Of a stretch of DNA of 64,000 nt, positions 27,939 to 37,332 are shown piece after piece; the first letter of the stretch is position 1, and each line of letters starts with the position of its first letter. A model generated the notes under the pieces. It was given only the letters and a program-made list of their open reading frames with translations. It was not told where the DNA came from and did not search any database. The stretch spans positions 24,929 to 88,928 of the forward strand of contig JAJDCQ010000115.1 in NCBI GenBank assembly GCA_029260755.1, in the 5' to 3' direction. Source of the stretch: Planctomycetota bacterium. GTDB taxonomy: Bacteria; Planctomycetota; J058; JAJDCQ01. Position numbers and translations under genes: made by a program.

Positions 27939-29921
27939 TCAGGCGCTGCAGCGGAGCGCGACGAGCGTGATGTCGTCGTGGGGTACGGCGCTCCCTCGGA
28001 ACGCCTTCAGCTCGTCGTGGATCTTGTTGCAGAGCGCCTCGGGCGGAAGGTGACCCCACTTGCCGAACATGCCGACGAGGCAGTCGAGGCCGAGCTCCTC
28101 GAGCCCCTCGTTTCGCGCCTCGGTCACGCCGTCGCTGTAGAGGAGGATCTGGTCGCCCGGCGCCAAGATGATCTCTTTCTCCTGCATCATCTCGTTCGCC
28201 CGCGCGATCACCGCGAGCGCGACTCCGCCCGAGCGGGTGCACTCGGTCTTGCCGCACTCGCCGTAGGCGGCCGCCGCGCTTCGATACGCGGCGATCGAGG
28301 TCGGGTCGACCCCGGGCGGCGCGGGCGCCTGGTGGCGATAGACGAGGACGTGCTCGTGTCCGGCCGGCGTGAAACGGAAGCTCCGGTGCCGCGCCCACCA
28401 GTTGCAGACGAGCGCCGTCATGAACATGCCGCGCTTGACCGAGCCGCAGAGGAGCGTGTTGAGGTTCTGAAGGATCGGCGTCGTCGAGGTCGGCACGCCC
28501 TGGCTCGCGATGAGCGAGTGGAGCACCGTCCGCGCCATCGTCATGACCATGCCGGCGCCGACGCCCTTGCCCGACACGTCGCCGATGCAGATCGTCAGGC
28601 TCTCTGTCGTGTCGGCGTGAGGGAGGAAGTCGTAGTAGTCGCCGCCGACCTCGCGGGCCGGCACCATCAACCCCCAGATCTGAAGGCCGTCGACGTCGGG
28701 GAACGACTTCGGCAGGAGCTGGCGCTGGATCTCGGCGGCCCGGTCCATCTCGTGGGCCATCCGGGCCTGCTCGGTCGCGGCCAGGTAGAGCTTCGCGTTG
28801 ACGATCGCGACGGCCGCCGAGCCGGCGAGCGACTCGAGCAGCTCGAGGTCGGTCGGCCCGAACTCCTTGTTCGACATCTTGCTGTCGATGTAGAGGAGCC
28901 CGATGACCTCCCCCTTCTCGAGGAGCGGCACGCACATCACCGACTGGAGCTCCATCTGCACGATCGAGACGCTCGTGCTGCCCGAGTCGCTCGTGTCGGT
29001 GAGCACCTGCGCCTTCTTCGCCTTGATGGCGGCCTCGGCCATCGACTTCGAGAACGCGAAGTGGCTCTCCTGGAGCGTCCGCCGGCGATCGTCGCGGCCG
29101 ACCTTGTAGACGAGGGTGCGCGACTCGCCCTTGCCCTCGAGGAGCATCACGTAGCCGCGCTCCGCCTTGCTGATTCCGATCGCGTGGTCGGTCACCAGGA
29201 CGAGCAGCTCATCGAGGTCGAGCGTCCGCGAGAGCGACTGACCGACCTCGTAGAGCTTGGCGATGCTCTCCTTGAGCTGGAGGATCTCGTTCCGGTCGCG
29301 GTCGGCCTTGTCGAAGATCCGGCTGTTCTCGATCGAGACGGCGGCCTGGCGGGCGAGCGCCTGGACCAGGCGCATCGCCTCCTTCGAGAGCGACTCGACC
29401 TCGTCAGTGCTGTCGACGTAGATCACGCCGCCGACCCGCTCCTCGCCGCGGTCGCCGCCGCCGAAGATCAGCGGGACGCAGATCAGGGTGCGAAGCCCGA
29501 GCGAGGCGATCGAGGCGCTCGCGTCGCCGCCGGCGATCGCGTCGGTCATGAAGACCGCCTCGCCGCCCTGGATCACGCGCTTGATCATCGTGGTGGAGAA
29601 CTCGCGACTGCTGAGGGTCTCCTGCGTGATCCCGACCCCGACCTTGAACCGGAGCTTGCTCCCGTCCTCCATGAGCATGATGAAGCCGCGCTGGGCGCCG
29701 GTGATGTCGATCACCGAGGCCATGATCGCGGCGAGCAGCTCCTGGGGATCCAGGATCGAGCTGATCTTCTGGAAGGTCTCGATGACCCGGGAGTCGAGCG
29801 CGCCCGGCGGCGGCAGCGTGACGGTCGGAGCCGTCGTCGCCGCCTCCCCGTCGAGCGACCCGATGATCGAGTCGACCTTCTTGCGGATCTCCTCGAGGAT
29901 CCCGAGGTCGTCGGGGTCCAC
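27939..29921 (-). CDS. GAF-domain-containing PP2C-type (SpoIIE/RsbU-like) serine phosphatase
   Basis: Two GAF-like regions are followed by a PP2C/SpoIIE domain (GDVSGKGVGAGMVM..., LYSDGVTEA). Start is set at the GTG (VDPDDLGILEEI) preceded by gaggggag; the listed ORF extends further upstream through Arg-rich sequence. Confidence 0.8.
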   Translation of the reverse strand: MDPDDLGILEEIRKKVDSIIGSLDGEAATTAPTVTLPPPGALDSRVIETFQKISSILDPQELLAAIMASVIDITGAQRGFIMLMEDGSKLRFKVGVGITQETLSSREFSTTMIKRVIQGGEAVFMTDAIAGGDASASIASLGLRTLICVPLIFGGGDRGEERVGGVIYVDSTDEVESLSKEAMRLVQALARQAAVSIENSRIFDKADRDRNEILQLKESIAKLYEVGQSLSRTLDLDELLVLVTDHAIGISKAERGYVMLLEGKGESRTLVYKVGRDDRRRTLQESHFAFSKSMAEAAIKAKKAQVLTDTSDSGSTSVSIVQMELQSVMCVPLLEKGEVIGLLYIDSKMSNKEFGPTDLELLESLAGSAAVAIVNAKLYLAATEQARMAHEMDRAAEIQRQLLPKSFPDVDGLQIWGLMVPAREVGGDYYDFLPHADTTESLTICIGDVSGKGVGAGMVMTMARTVLHSLIASQGVPTSTTPILQNLNTLLCGSVKRGMFMTALVCNWWARHRSFRFTPAGHEHVLVYRHQAPAPPGVDPTSIAAYRSAAAAYGECGKTECTRSGGVALAVIARANEMMQEKEIILAPGDQILLYSDGVTEARNEGLEELGLDCLVGMFGKWGHLPPEALCNKIHDELKAFRGSAVPHDDITLVALRCSA

Positions 29922-29932
29922 GGCGCTCCCCT

Positions 29933-30241
29933 CTACCCGTCCACCAGCTCGAGGTTTGCCCCGGCGATCACCTTCCGGGTGCCGCGTTCGGGGAACAGGA
30001 CGATCCAGCAGGCGGCCTGGCTGCTGTGATAGAGGATCCGGCCCCGCTCGCCGGCCGCGATCGTGGTTCCATCGGCGAACCGCTGGTCCCGGCTGATCCG
30101 GACGACCGCGCCGGCTCCGATCTCGTTCGTCGGCTTGCTCGCGCCCACGGGCTCTCTGCCTCCTCGCGGTGACGACGGACGCGGCCGATCGATGTACCGG
30201 TCGCGGCCGGTGATGATAGCCCTGCGACGGCGCGGCAGCAA
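29933..30241 (-). CDS. Small hypothetical protein
   Basis: The C-terminal half (VVRISRDQRFADGTTIAAGERGRILYHSSQAACWIVLFPERGTRKVIAGANLELVDG) is protein-like, but the N-terminus is Arg-rich and uncertain. Confidence 0.3.
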   Translation of the reverse strand: MLPRRRRAIITGRDRYIDRPRPSSPRGGREPVGASKPTNEIGAGAVVRISRDQRFADGTTIAAGERGRILYHSSQAACWIVLFPERGTRKVIAGANLELVDG

Positions 30242-30333
30242 GCTGAGCCGCGCCCTTCTTGCAACCCCCCCTGGCAGGTGCTAACATTTTGGACTCGGTC
30301 GGTTACGGAAGTCGAGGAGGCGAGCAACAGCCC

Positions 30334-30813
30334 GTGACCAGAGCGCTGGCGGCGGTCGTGATCCCGGCGGTGCTCGTCCTGGTCGCGGGGTGTCGGCTCG
30401 TCGGTCCGGGTCAGCCCGGGTTCCCGTGGGACTACCGCGGGTTCGCCCTGGTGACGACGCGGACCGACCTCGATCCCACCGTGCCTCACCCCGGCGTGCT
30501 CGTCGTCCTCGCGAACGACGAGGGGGTCGAGGGGGTGCGGCGGGCCGGGCCTCACGACCCTGGTAGTGTCCTGGTGGCCGTCGGTTACGAAGGCGTGCGC
30601 CGCGCCGACGCGGACGACACGGCGGTGACCATCGGAGAGCGACGCACGGTCTGGACGATGCGAAGAGTCGCCGCCCCGCGAGGAGACGACTCCGGATGGC
30701 GCTTCGGAGCCCACGCCGGGGAGACGCTCAAGCGCCTTCCCGCGGATGGGTGCGCCGGATGTCACGCGCGCGCCGTCGAGACCGATCACGTGTTCAGCCG
30801 CTGGGCCGAGTGA
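30334..30813 (+). CDS. Putative lipoprotein c-type cytochrome, cytochrome P460 / c'-beta-like (CxxCH near the C-terminus)
   Basis: Lipobox LVLVAGC. A single CAGCH lies 16 residues from the C-terminus, as in cytochrome P460. Size is ~160 aa. A GTG start is preceded by ggagg. Third-position GC is consistent with coding. Confidence 0.4.
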   Translation: MTRALAAVVIPAVLVLVAGCRLVGPGQPGFPWDYRGFALVTTRTDLDPTVPHPGVLVVLANDEGVEGVRRAGPHDPGSVLVAVGYEGVRRADADDTAVTIGERRTVWTMRRVAAPRGDDSGWRFGAHAGETLKRLPADGCAGCHARAVETDHVFSRWAE

Positions 30814-30829
30814 CCGAGGCGGAGGATCG

Positions 30830-32062
30830 GTGGACGACCACGTCGCCAGGACGGTGCGGGACCTGAACTCGAAGATCGGGCTCGTGCGCAAGTACGCCGC
30901 CCGCGACCTGGGCCGCTACTGCGACCCGGCGACGATCGAGGCGCTCCTCCACGCCCTCGCCGATCCCGAGCCAGAGGTTCTCATCGAGGTCGTCGAGTCG
31001 CTCCGTCGCCTCGGCGACAAGCGCGCCATCGAGCCGCTCCGCCGGTTCGCGCGCGCCGGCGCCGGCAGCCTCAGCCAGGCCGCCCTCGGCGCGGCCGTCG
31101 AGCTCGAGTCGGGCAACGTGCGCCCCGTCCGGCCCGGCCCGATCAGCGACCCGGACACCGCCGCGGAGATGCTCGCCGGCCTCAAGGGCGAGCCGGCTCC
31201 ACCGACGTCGCAGAAGCGTCCGCCGCGCGCGGGCGCCCGGTCGCGGCGCCCCGACACGGCCGTCGATCCCGGCTTCAACCTGACCGAGACCGACCCCGCC
31301 CTCCCGCCGCTCGCCGCCGCCGCGACCGAGGAGCGGCCGATTCGCGGCGCGATCCAGAAGCTCACCGAGACGGTCGACCGCCCGATCGTCCGCCTCGACG
31401 ACCCGAACGACGACCTCCTCGACGAGACCGAAGAGGTCGAGCCGCCGATCCCGCCGAGCGCGCGGCGCGAGGAGACCCCGCCGCCCGACTCCTTCGACGA
31501 GCCGCCGAGCGAGGACTACCACGGGAACGAGCTGCCCGACCCCTTCGACTCCGACGACCTCGACGACGACGACGAGGACTTCCTCGGGGGCGCGCCGAGC
31601 GAGCGGAACCTTCCGACGGCGCCTCGCGCCCCCACCTCGGGGAGCGAGTCCGCCCGCCGCCGGGCGACCCTGGTGACCGAGGCGATGCAGGGGACGGACG
31701 CGGTCGTGGCGGCGCGAGACTACGGCTTCAAGATCACCGTCCCTCTCCTCGGCGGGAAGCGTCGCCAGAAGGTGCGCGTCGTCTTCGAGAACTCCGATCC
31801 CGAGGGCGACAAGGTCATCCTGATCCACTCGGTCTGCGGGAAGTCGAGCCCGGTCAACTATCGATGGGCGCTCGATGCCAACCGGAAGATGATGTACGGG
31901 CGCATCGCCCTCCGCCACGACCGCGGCGGCGAGCGGTTCATCGTCCTGAACACGCTGCTGGAGTCGACGGCCGACCCGTTCGACCTCCGCAAGAACGTCC
32001 TCGCGATCGCCGACAAGGCGGACTGGATCGAGCGCCAGCTCTCGCCCGTCGACCGCTACTAG
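30830..32062 (+). CDS. HEAT-repeat protein with an acidic disordered linker and a YbjN-like C-terminal domain
   Basis: GTG start after ggagga. N-terminal PBS-lyase HEAT repeats (DPATIEALLHALADPEPEVLIEVVESLRRLGDKRAIEPL), a D/E/P-rich linker, and an ordered C-terminal domain. Confidence 0.55.
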   Translation: MDDHVARTVRDLNSKIGLVRKYAARDLGRYCDPATIEALLHALADPEPEVLIEVVESLRRLGDKRAIEPLRRFARAGAGSLSQAALGAAVELESGNVRPVRPGPISDPDTAAEMLAGLKGEPAPPTSQKRPPRAGARSRRPDTAVDPGFNLTETDPALPPLAAAATEERPIRGAIQKLTETVDRPIVRLDDPNDDLLDETEEVEPPIPPSARREETPPPDSFDEPPSEDYHGNELPDPFDSDDLDDDDEDFLGGAPSERNLPTAPRAPTSGSESARRRATLVTEAMQGTDAVVAARDYGFKITVPLLGGKRRQKVRVVFENSDPEGDKVILIHSVCGKSSPVNYRWALDANRKMMYGRIALRHDRGGERFIVLNTLLESTADPFDLRKNVLAIADKADWIERQLSPVDRY

Positions 32063-32440
32063 CCCGGATAGGGGCCATCGGGCTCGCCTTCGGCGAGCAG
32101 ATGGCACCACGGAGGCACGGAGACACGGAGAAGCGACTGCGTGCGCCGTATCCCGGCTCGGACCGAGCCGACCGGCTCCAGGGATGGCTGGCTCCCTCTC
32201 GGTCTCGGTCGCGCGAGGCGACGGGAACCAAGAGAAGGAGGAAGGAGCGGCGGGGTCCGTGCGCGACGTGGCGTCATCCGAAGCTGCTCCGTGCCTCCGT
32301 GCCTCCGTGGTTCCATCTCTCATCGACCTGAGGACGAGCCGAGTGCGCGCGGGGCGTCCGGTTATCCGACGAACCTCGATGCAACCCCCGTCATCGCCAC
32401 CAGTTGACATCGACCCAGCCAAAACCCCACAACCCCAGAC

Positions 32441-32456
32441 GTCAAGACATCTTGAC
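32441..32456. promoter_or_regulatory. Perfect palindrome GTCAAGA-CA-TCTTGAC in a long 5' leader; candidate operator
   Basis: 7-bp inverted repeat with a 2-nt spacer, ~180 bp upstream of the 32636 ORF, within a 570-bp region free of coding signal. A TTGACA-like hexamer lies at ~32404. Confidence 0.3.
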
Positions 32457-32635
32457 GGCGTCGGGAGGGCGCTTGGTTGGCGGATTCCGCCATGATCTCG
32501 TTCAGTACGTGACGCTCCTAACCCGGTGTTTGGTAGTGGTTTCTGGCAGACTTGTCGTATTTCGCGTATGCTGACTCTACTGCCGCACCTGGCAGTGATC
32601 GAATCGCCTAACTCGCTACACCGGGGTAACCTACA

Positions 32636-34081
32636 ATGGTCCAGCGCATCGTCATCCCCGTCCCGGGGGTCTCGGGACGGTCTCGGGGAGTCCCTGCCCA
32701 GTCCGGCAGCCATACTCGCTTTGATACTCACATCTTGGAGAGCTTCGACGAGGAGCTCCTCGGCGCCATCCCCGGCCGCATGGGCGCGGTCGACGATGAC
32801 CCCGAGCAGCTGCTCCGCACCGAGTTCTTCGACGCCGACCGCATGCGAGGCCACCTCGAGCGGTTCGAGGAGCTCCTCGGGGCCGAGAGCCACCTCGCGG
32901 CGCTTCGCTTCGACCCGATCCGGGTCGCCCAGATCTGCGAGCGCGAGAGCCTCCCGCCGGTCGGAGCCGGAGCCGGCGACGACGCGGCCCGGCGGAAGCT
33001 CTTCGAGAAGCTCTGCTGCCCGGTGACCCTGCGCAAGGCCAAGCGGACGATCGAGCACGCCTACCGCGAGAGCGCCCGCCGGCTCGAGCGCGCGACCCGC
33101 GCCGCCATCCGCAAGGCTGCCAAGAACAGCCGCAACCCCGGACGCCGTTGCCGCGGCCGGCCGCCCGCCGAGCTGCCGAAGGGCGCGCGCTGGGCCGATC
33201 CCGCCGAGGCGCGCAAGGATCTCCTCGCGGTGACCGCCGCCCTGATCCACCTGACGGCCCACCGGAGCCTCGGCCTTCCGCCGGAGCAGAACCCGCTCTT
33301 CGCGACCGTGCTCGAGGTGAGCTGCCGCGAGGCCGCCAAGGCGGCCAGCAAGTCGTGCGGCGTGGCGAGCCGGACCGAGAGCGCCGTCGTCGTCTTCGAC
33401 GGCACCCGCGCCGACCGGGACCCCGAGGTCGTCGCCGACAAGCTCGAATCGACCGACGACGAGGTCGACGACCTGGTCACCCGCCTCGGCGGCGACCCGG
33501 CCCGCGTCCTCGCCCCGGCGATCGCGGCCATGGTCCGCAACGTCCTCCGGCCGACCCTGTCGCTCGACCACCTCCTCGCGCTGGTCGTCGGCGATCAGGC
33601 GACCCGCGGCAAGCGCCAGCGCGACGCCGCCCGCGACGACGACGACGCCGCGCGGCGGGCGCTCGACGCCGCCTTCCGCCGGGACGAGGCGCGCGCCCGC
33701 CGCCGGGGCGACGCCCGCCGGCTCGAGGCCGCCCGCCTGGCCCGCGCCGCCCTCGCGGCGCTCACGCCGGCGGAGAACGCCTTCTTCATCGCCGCCCGGC
33801 GGGCCGCCCTGCGCGACCTCCGGGCGAGCGCGGCGCTCGGCAACGCGCCGGCCGAGGTCGCGCGGGTGCTGACCGACCCGACCGACCCGCACGCCCAGCT
33901 CGGCTTCGCCGCGAGCCTGCGTCAGCTCGGCGCCGTCGAGCGCGCGAGCCGGGTCGAGCGGTTCGTCGAGCGGGTCTTCGGCGTCGCGCCCGCGCCGACG
34001 GCCGCCTGCCCGTCCGGAAAGTTCAACGCCGGCGCGGTCGGGCATCCCTCGGGTCGCTTCGACGCGGCCGCGAGCGCGTAG
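32636..34081 (+). CDS. Hypothetical protein
   Basis: 481 aa. Composition and codon bias favour the + strand over the overlapping 1083-aa Arg-rich antisense ORF. No recognisable domain. Confidence 0.4.
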   Translation: MVQRIVIPVPGVSGRSRGVPAQSGSHTRFDTHILESFDEELLGAIPGRMGAVDDDPEQLLRTEFFDADRMRGHLERFEELLGAESHLAALRFDPIRVAQICERESLPPVGAGAGDDAARRKLFEKLCCPVTLRKAKRTIEHAYRESARRLERATRAAIRKAAKNSRNPGRRCRGRPPAELPKGARWADPAEARKDLLAVTAALIHLTAHRSLGLPPEQNPLFATVLEVSCREAAKAASKSCGVASRTESAVVVFDGTRADRDPEVVADKLESTDDEVDDLVTRLGGDPARVLAPAIAAMVRNVLRPTLSLDHLLALVVGDQATRGKRQRDAARDDDDAARRALDAAFRRDEARARRRGDARRLEAARLARAALAALTPAENAFFIAARRAALRDLRASAALGNAPAEVARVLTDPTDPHAQLGFAASLRQLGAVERASRVERFVERVFGVAPAPTAACPSGKFNAGAVGHPSGRFDAAASA

Positions 34082-34201
34082 AAACCGATACGGATGGAGT
34101 CAGTGGCGCCGAGGGTGCCCGGGGCCGGCCCGGGCGCTCGCGGTGCCGCGGCGTGTACGGGTTGGTCGGTGACCGCCGCGCGACGGGGCCGCCGACTGGT
34201 G

Positions 34202-34757
34202 GGCGAAGCGATTGCCGACGGACGGGGGCCTCGGGCCTGCGCCCTGCTTCGGATGTCGCGGATTGGCCGAGCCGTCGCCTCCCGTTCGGAGCTCTTCTGG
34301 GCAGCCAGCGCGGGGGTCAGAGCGCCGGTTGCCGCTCGCTCGAAACGGGGTTGCCGCAGCAGGCCCCCCTCCCGAGCGGCAACCGGACGACACTGACCCC
34401 CACCCCAATGCCGGCCCGCGGAGAGTCGCCCGAACCCGGTCTCCGCTGGTGCGGACTCGCGAACCCACGCCCTGGATCGCGCCGACGGCCCCGGGCCCCG
34501 CTTCGGGTTCGCGAACCCACCACTTGGATCGAGCGGAGGGCCCCGGGCCCCGCATTGGGGGTCAGTGTCGTCTTCCTGCTGTCTTGGGAGGAGAGCACGC
34601 TCCGGCAACCCCGCTCCGACCAAGCAGCAGGAAGCGCTCTGACCCCCGCGCTGGCTGCCCCGGAACGTTCCGAACGGGAAACCGCGGCTCGGCCCGCCCG
34701 CCCGCTCCGAAGCAGGCCGCCCGCCCGCGGCCCTCGCCCGTCGGCAATCGCTTCGCC
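34202..34757. repeat. ~560-bp non-coding imperfect palindrome with two internal ~45-bp tandem repeats
   Basis: The left end GGCGAAGCGATTGCCGACGG pairs with the right end CCGTCGGCAATCGCTTCGCC. Internal arms (ggggtcagagcgc...ggggttgccg...acgacactgaccccc) are reverse complements of each other. The centre carries tandem cgcgaacccac..ggccccgggccccgc units (~34457-34501 and ~34510-34553). Mirrored ORFs on both strands confirm the symmetry. Confidence 0.6.
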
Positions 34758-34822
34758 TGAGGTTCGGCATTGGCCTCGCACGGGGCGACGCGCGGTTGAC
34801 CCCGTTTGGTAGGGTGACCGCC

Positions 34823-35617
34823 ATGACCGAGAGCCCTGAGGCGGCCAACCAATCCGCAGCCCCCCCGACTCCGCCCCCCCTGGTCGTCGCCTCCGGGCTC
34901 CGCCGCGACTACCAGGTCGGACAGTCCACCGTCCACGCCCTCGCGGGGATCGACGTCACCATCGCCGCGAGCGAAGCAGTCGCCATCGTCGGCCGGAGCG
35001 GCAGCGGGAAGTCGACCCTGCTGAACGTGCTCGGCGGCCTCGAGCGGCCGAGCGCCGGGTCGATCACGGTCGCGGGGCACGACCTCGGCTGCCTCTCGCG
35101 GGACGAGCTCGCGGTCTACCGGCTGCGCACGGTGGGGTTCGTGTTCCAGTCGTTCCACCTGGTGCCGCACCTGTCGGTGCTCGAGAACGTGGCGTTGCCA
35201 ATGATGATCGCCGGCGTCGGCTGGCTCGCCCGACGGCGGCGGGCCAAGGAGCTGCTCGAGCGGACCGGGCTGAGCGAACGGATGCGGCATCGGCCGACCG
35301 AGCTCTCCGGCGGCGAGCGCCAGCGAGTCGCCGTCGCCCGCGCCCTCGCGAACGAGCCGAAGCTGCTCCTCGCCGATGAGCCGACGGGCAACCTCGACAC
35401 GAAGACGGCCGGCGAGATCATGGGCCTGATCCGCGAGGAGCGGACCCGGGCCGGGGCGGCGCTCGTCCTGGTCACCCACGAGCGCGACGTCGCCCACGAG
35501 AACGCCGAGCGGATGATCGAGCTTCAGGACGGCGCCGTGCTCTCGGATCGACCGACCGCCCCCTCCGGCGAGGTCGCCGAACAAGCAGACGCGGCGGGCG
35601 CGGAGGAGGCGGCGTGA
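34823..35617 (+). CDS. ABC transporter ATP-binding protein (LolD/MacB/FtsE-like)
   Basis: Walker A GRSGSGKSTLLN, signature LSGGERQRVAVARAL, Walker B LLLADEPTGNLD. Confidence 0.8.
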   Translation: MTESPEAANQSAAPPTPPPLVVASGLRRDYQVGQSTVHALAGIDVTIAASEAVAIVGRSGSGKSTLLNVLGGLERPSAGSITVAGHDLGCLSRDELAVYRLRTVGFVFQSFHLVPHLSVLENVALPMMIAGVGWLARRRRAKELLERTGLSERMRHRPTELSGGERQRVAVARALANEPKLLLADEPTGNLDTKTAGEIMGLIREERTRAGAALVLVTHERDVAHENAERMIELQDGAVLSDRPTAPSGEVAEQADAAGAEEAA

Positions 35618-36942
35618 AGCGCATCGACCTGATCCGCCTCACCCTCTCGAACCTCCGCCGCCAGAAGCTCCGCACCGCCCTGACGGTGACCGGCGTGATC
35701 GTCGGCACCGCCGCCGTGACGACGATGGTCAGCATCGGGATCGGCGTGAAGCGAAGCCTGATCGCCCCGCTCGAGCAGGCGGAGCTCCTCACCAGCCTGA
35801 CGGTGCAGCCGGTGAAGCTCGACCTCGGCTCGTTCAGCTTCTCCGATCTCGGGCGCGGCGGGATGCAAAAGCTCCGCGAGCGAAAGTCGATCACCGACGA
35901 GACGATCGCCGAGATCGCGGCCATCGAGCACGTCCGGGTCGTCTACCCCGACAAGAACGTGCCGCTCTCGCTCGAGGTCGAGGGCGGGAAGATCTCGGTC
36001 GTCGGGATCGACGTCATCCCGGACGCGGCCATCACCGAGGGCATGCGCGAGGCGATCCTCGCCGGCGGGTACTGGGATCAGACCGGCCGAGGCGGGGCCG
36101 TCCTGCCGAGCAGCCGGCTCGAGGACCTCGGCGTGGCGAGCCCCGAGGAGGCCGTCGGCCGAGACGCGATCTTCCGATCGCCCGGAGCGTTCTACGAGAC
36201 GAAGCCCGGCGCGGAGGTCTCCGAGAACCGGCGCCGCGTCACCGTCCCCATCATTGGCGTCTACGAGAGCCAGGCGCTCGGCCTGGCCGGCACCCGCGTC
36301 CTGCTCCCGCCCGGGGTCGGCGACGACGCCGCCGAGCTCGCCGGCCCGATCGGCAAGATGACCTTCGGCGGCCCCGTGAAGGACGGCGAGTACCGAGCCC
36401 TCTCGGTGAAGGTGACCGACTTCGAGCACCTCGACGAGGTCCGCGCCGCGATCGACGACAAGGGCTACGGCACGATGACGGCCGGCGACCTCATCGGCGT
36501 CATCGACACCGTGTTCATCGGCATCGAGGCGGCCCTCGGCCTGATCGGAAGCGTCGGTCTGATCGTCGCCTTCTTCGGCATCGCGAACACGATGGTGATG
36601 GCGGTGCTGGAGCGAACGAGAGAGATCGGAACGCTCAAGGCGCTCGGAGCCCGCGACCGCGACGTTCGCCGCCTCTTCGTGATGGAGGCGGCCACGATCG
36701 GGTTCCTCGGGGGCCTCCTCGGCGTCGGAGTCTCGAAGCTCCTCGGAGCGCTCGGCGACCTGATCGCCAACGCCTTCTTCGCCCGGGGCGAGAACCAGAC
36801 CCCGCTCGACCTCTTCCAGATCTCGACCCCGCTGGCCCTGGGAGCGGTCGCGTTCGCGGTGGTGACGGCCGTGATCGCGGGAGCCTACCCGGCGTGGCGA
36901 GCGTCGCGGCTGGACCCGGTGGTGGCGCTGCGCCATGAGTAG
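35614..36942 (+). CDS. FtsX-like ABC transporter permease (MacB/LolCE family)
   Basis: N-terminal TM helix, a large periplasmic domain and a C-terminal FtsX 3-TM domain (…GIANTMVMAVLERTREIGTLKALGA…). The ATGA overlap with the ATPase gene indicates translational coupling. Confidence 0.8.
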   Translation: MKRIDLIRLTLSNLRRQKLRTALTVTGVIVGTAAVTTMVSIGIGVKRSLIAPLEQAELLTSLTVQPVKLDLGSFSFSDLGRGGMQKLRERKSITDETIAEIAAIEHVRVVYPDKNVPLSLEVEGGKISVVGIDVIPDAAITEGMREAILAGGYWDQTGRGGAVLPSSRLEDLGVASPEEAVGRDAIFRSPGAFYETKPGAEVSENRRRVTVPIIGVYESQALGLAGTRVLLPPGVGDDAAELAGPIGKMTFGGPVKDGEYRALSVKVTDFEHLDEVRAAIDDKGYGTMTAGDLIGVIDTVFIGIEAALGLIGSVGLIVAFFGIANTMVMAVLERTREIGTLKALGARDRDVRRLFVMEAATIGFLGGLLGVGVSKLLGALGDLIANAFFARGENQTPLDLFQISTPLALGAVAFAVVTAVIAGAYPAWRASRLDPVVALRHE

Positions 36943-37099
36943 TGATGATCGATCGGCTCACGCAGCGGCGCAGAGTCGGCTTCGCCGACGATTTCTCACG
37001 CCAGGGACGCCAAGGGGCCAAGGCCGCCAAGGGTCCCGACTCGAACATTGGCGGGCTTGGCGTGACCGTGACGCGTCGGCAATGGCTCGGCGACGCCCG

Positions 37100-37196
37100 A
37101 ATCAATCCGAGCAATCCGCGAAATCCGCGGTTCGGTCTCTCTCGGCGTTGAGCCCAGTGGGAACCGCGGATTACGCGGATTACGCGGATTGCGAGT
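37100..37196. repeat. Palindromic intergenic repeat element, copy 3
   Basis: atcAATCCGAGCAATCCGCGAAATCCGCGG, then the core ttcggtctctctcggcgttgagcccagtgggaa, then CCGCGGATTACGCGGATTACGCGGATTGCGAG. Confidence 0.7.
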
Positions 37197-37332
37197 TGCC
37201 GGGTCCGGATTCATTGCCGTTGCGCGGGCCGTTCCAAAGGGCCGAAGGGGTCAGGTCTCGGATCTTCGCATCAAGGCCACCGTTGCAAGGATCCGAGACC
37301 TGGCGCGTGGGCTCTTTCGGCGCCGCCAACGA

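Noticed and set aside
30794-34045. 1083-aa minus-strand ORF spanning three + strand genes
   Set aside because: Extremely Arg/Gly/Ala-rich low-complexity translation. It overlaps well-supported + strand genes (HEAT/YbjN protein and others).
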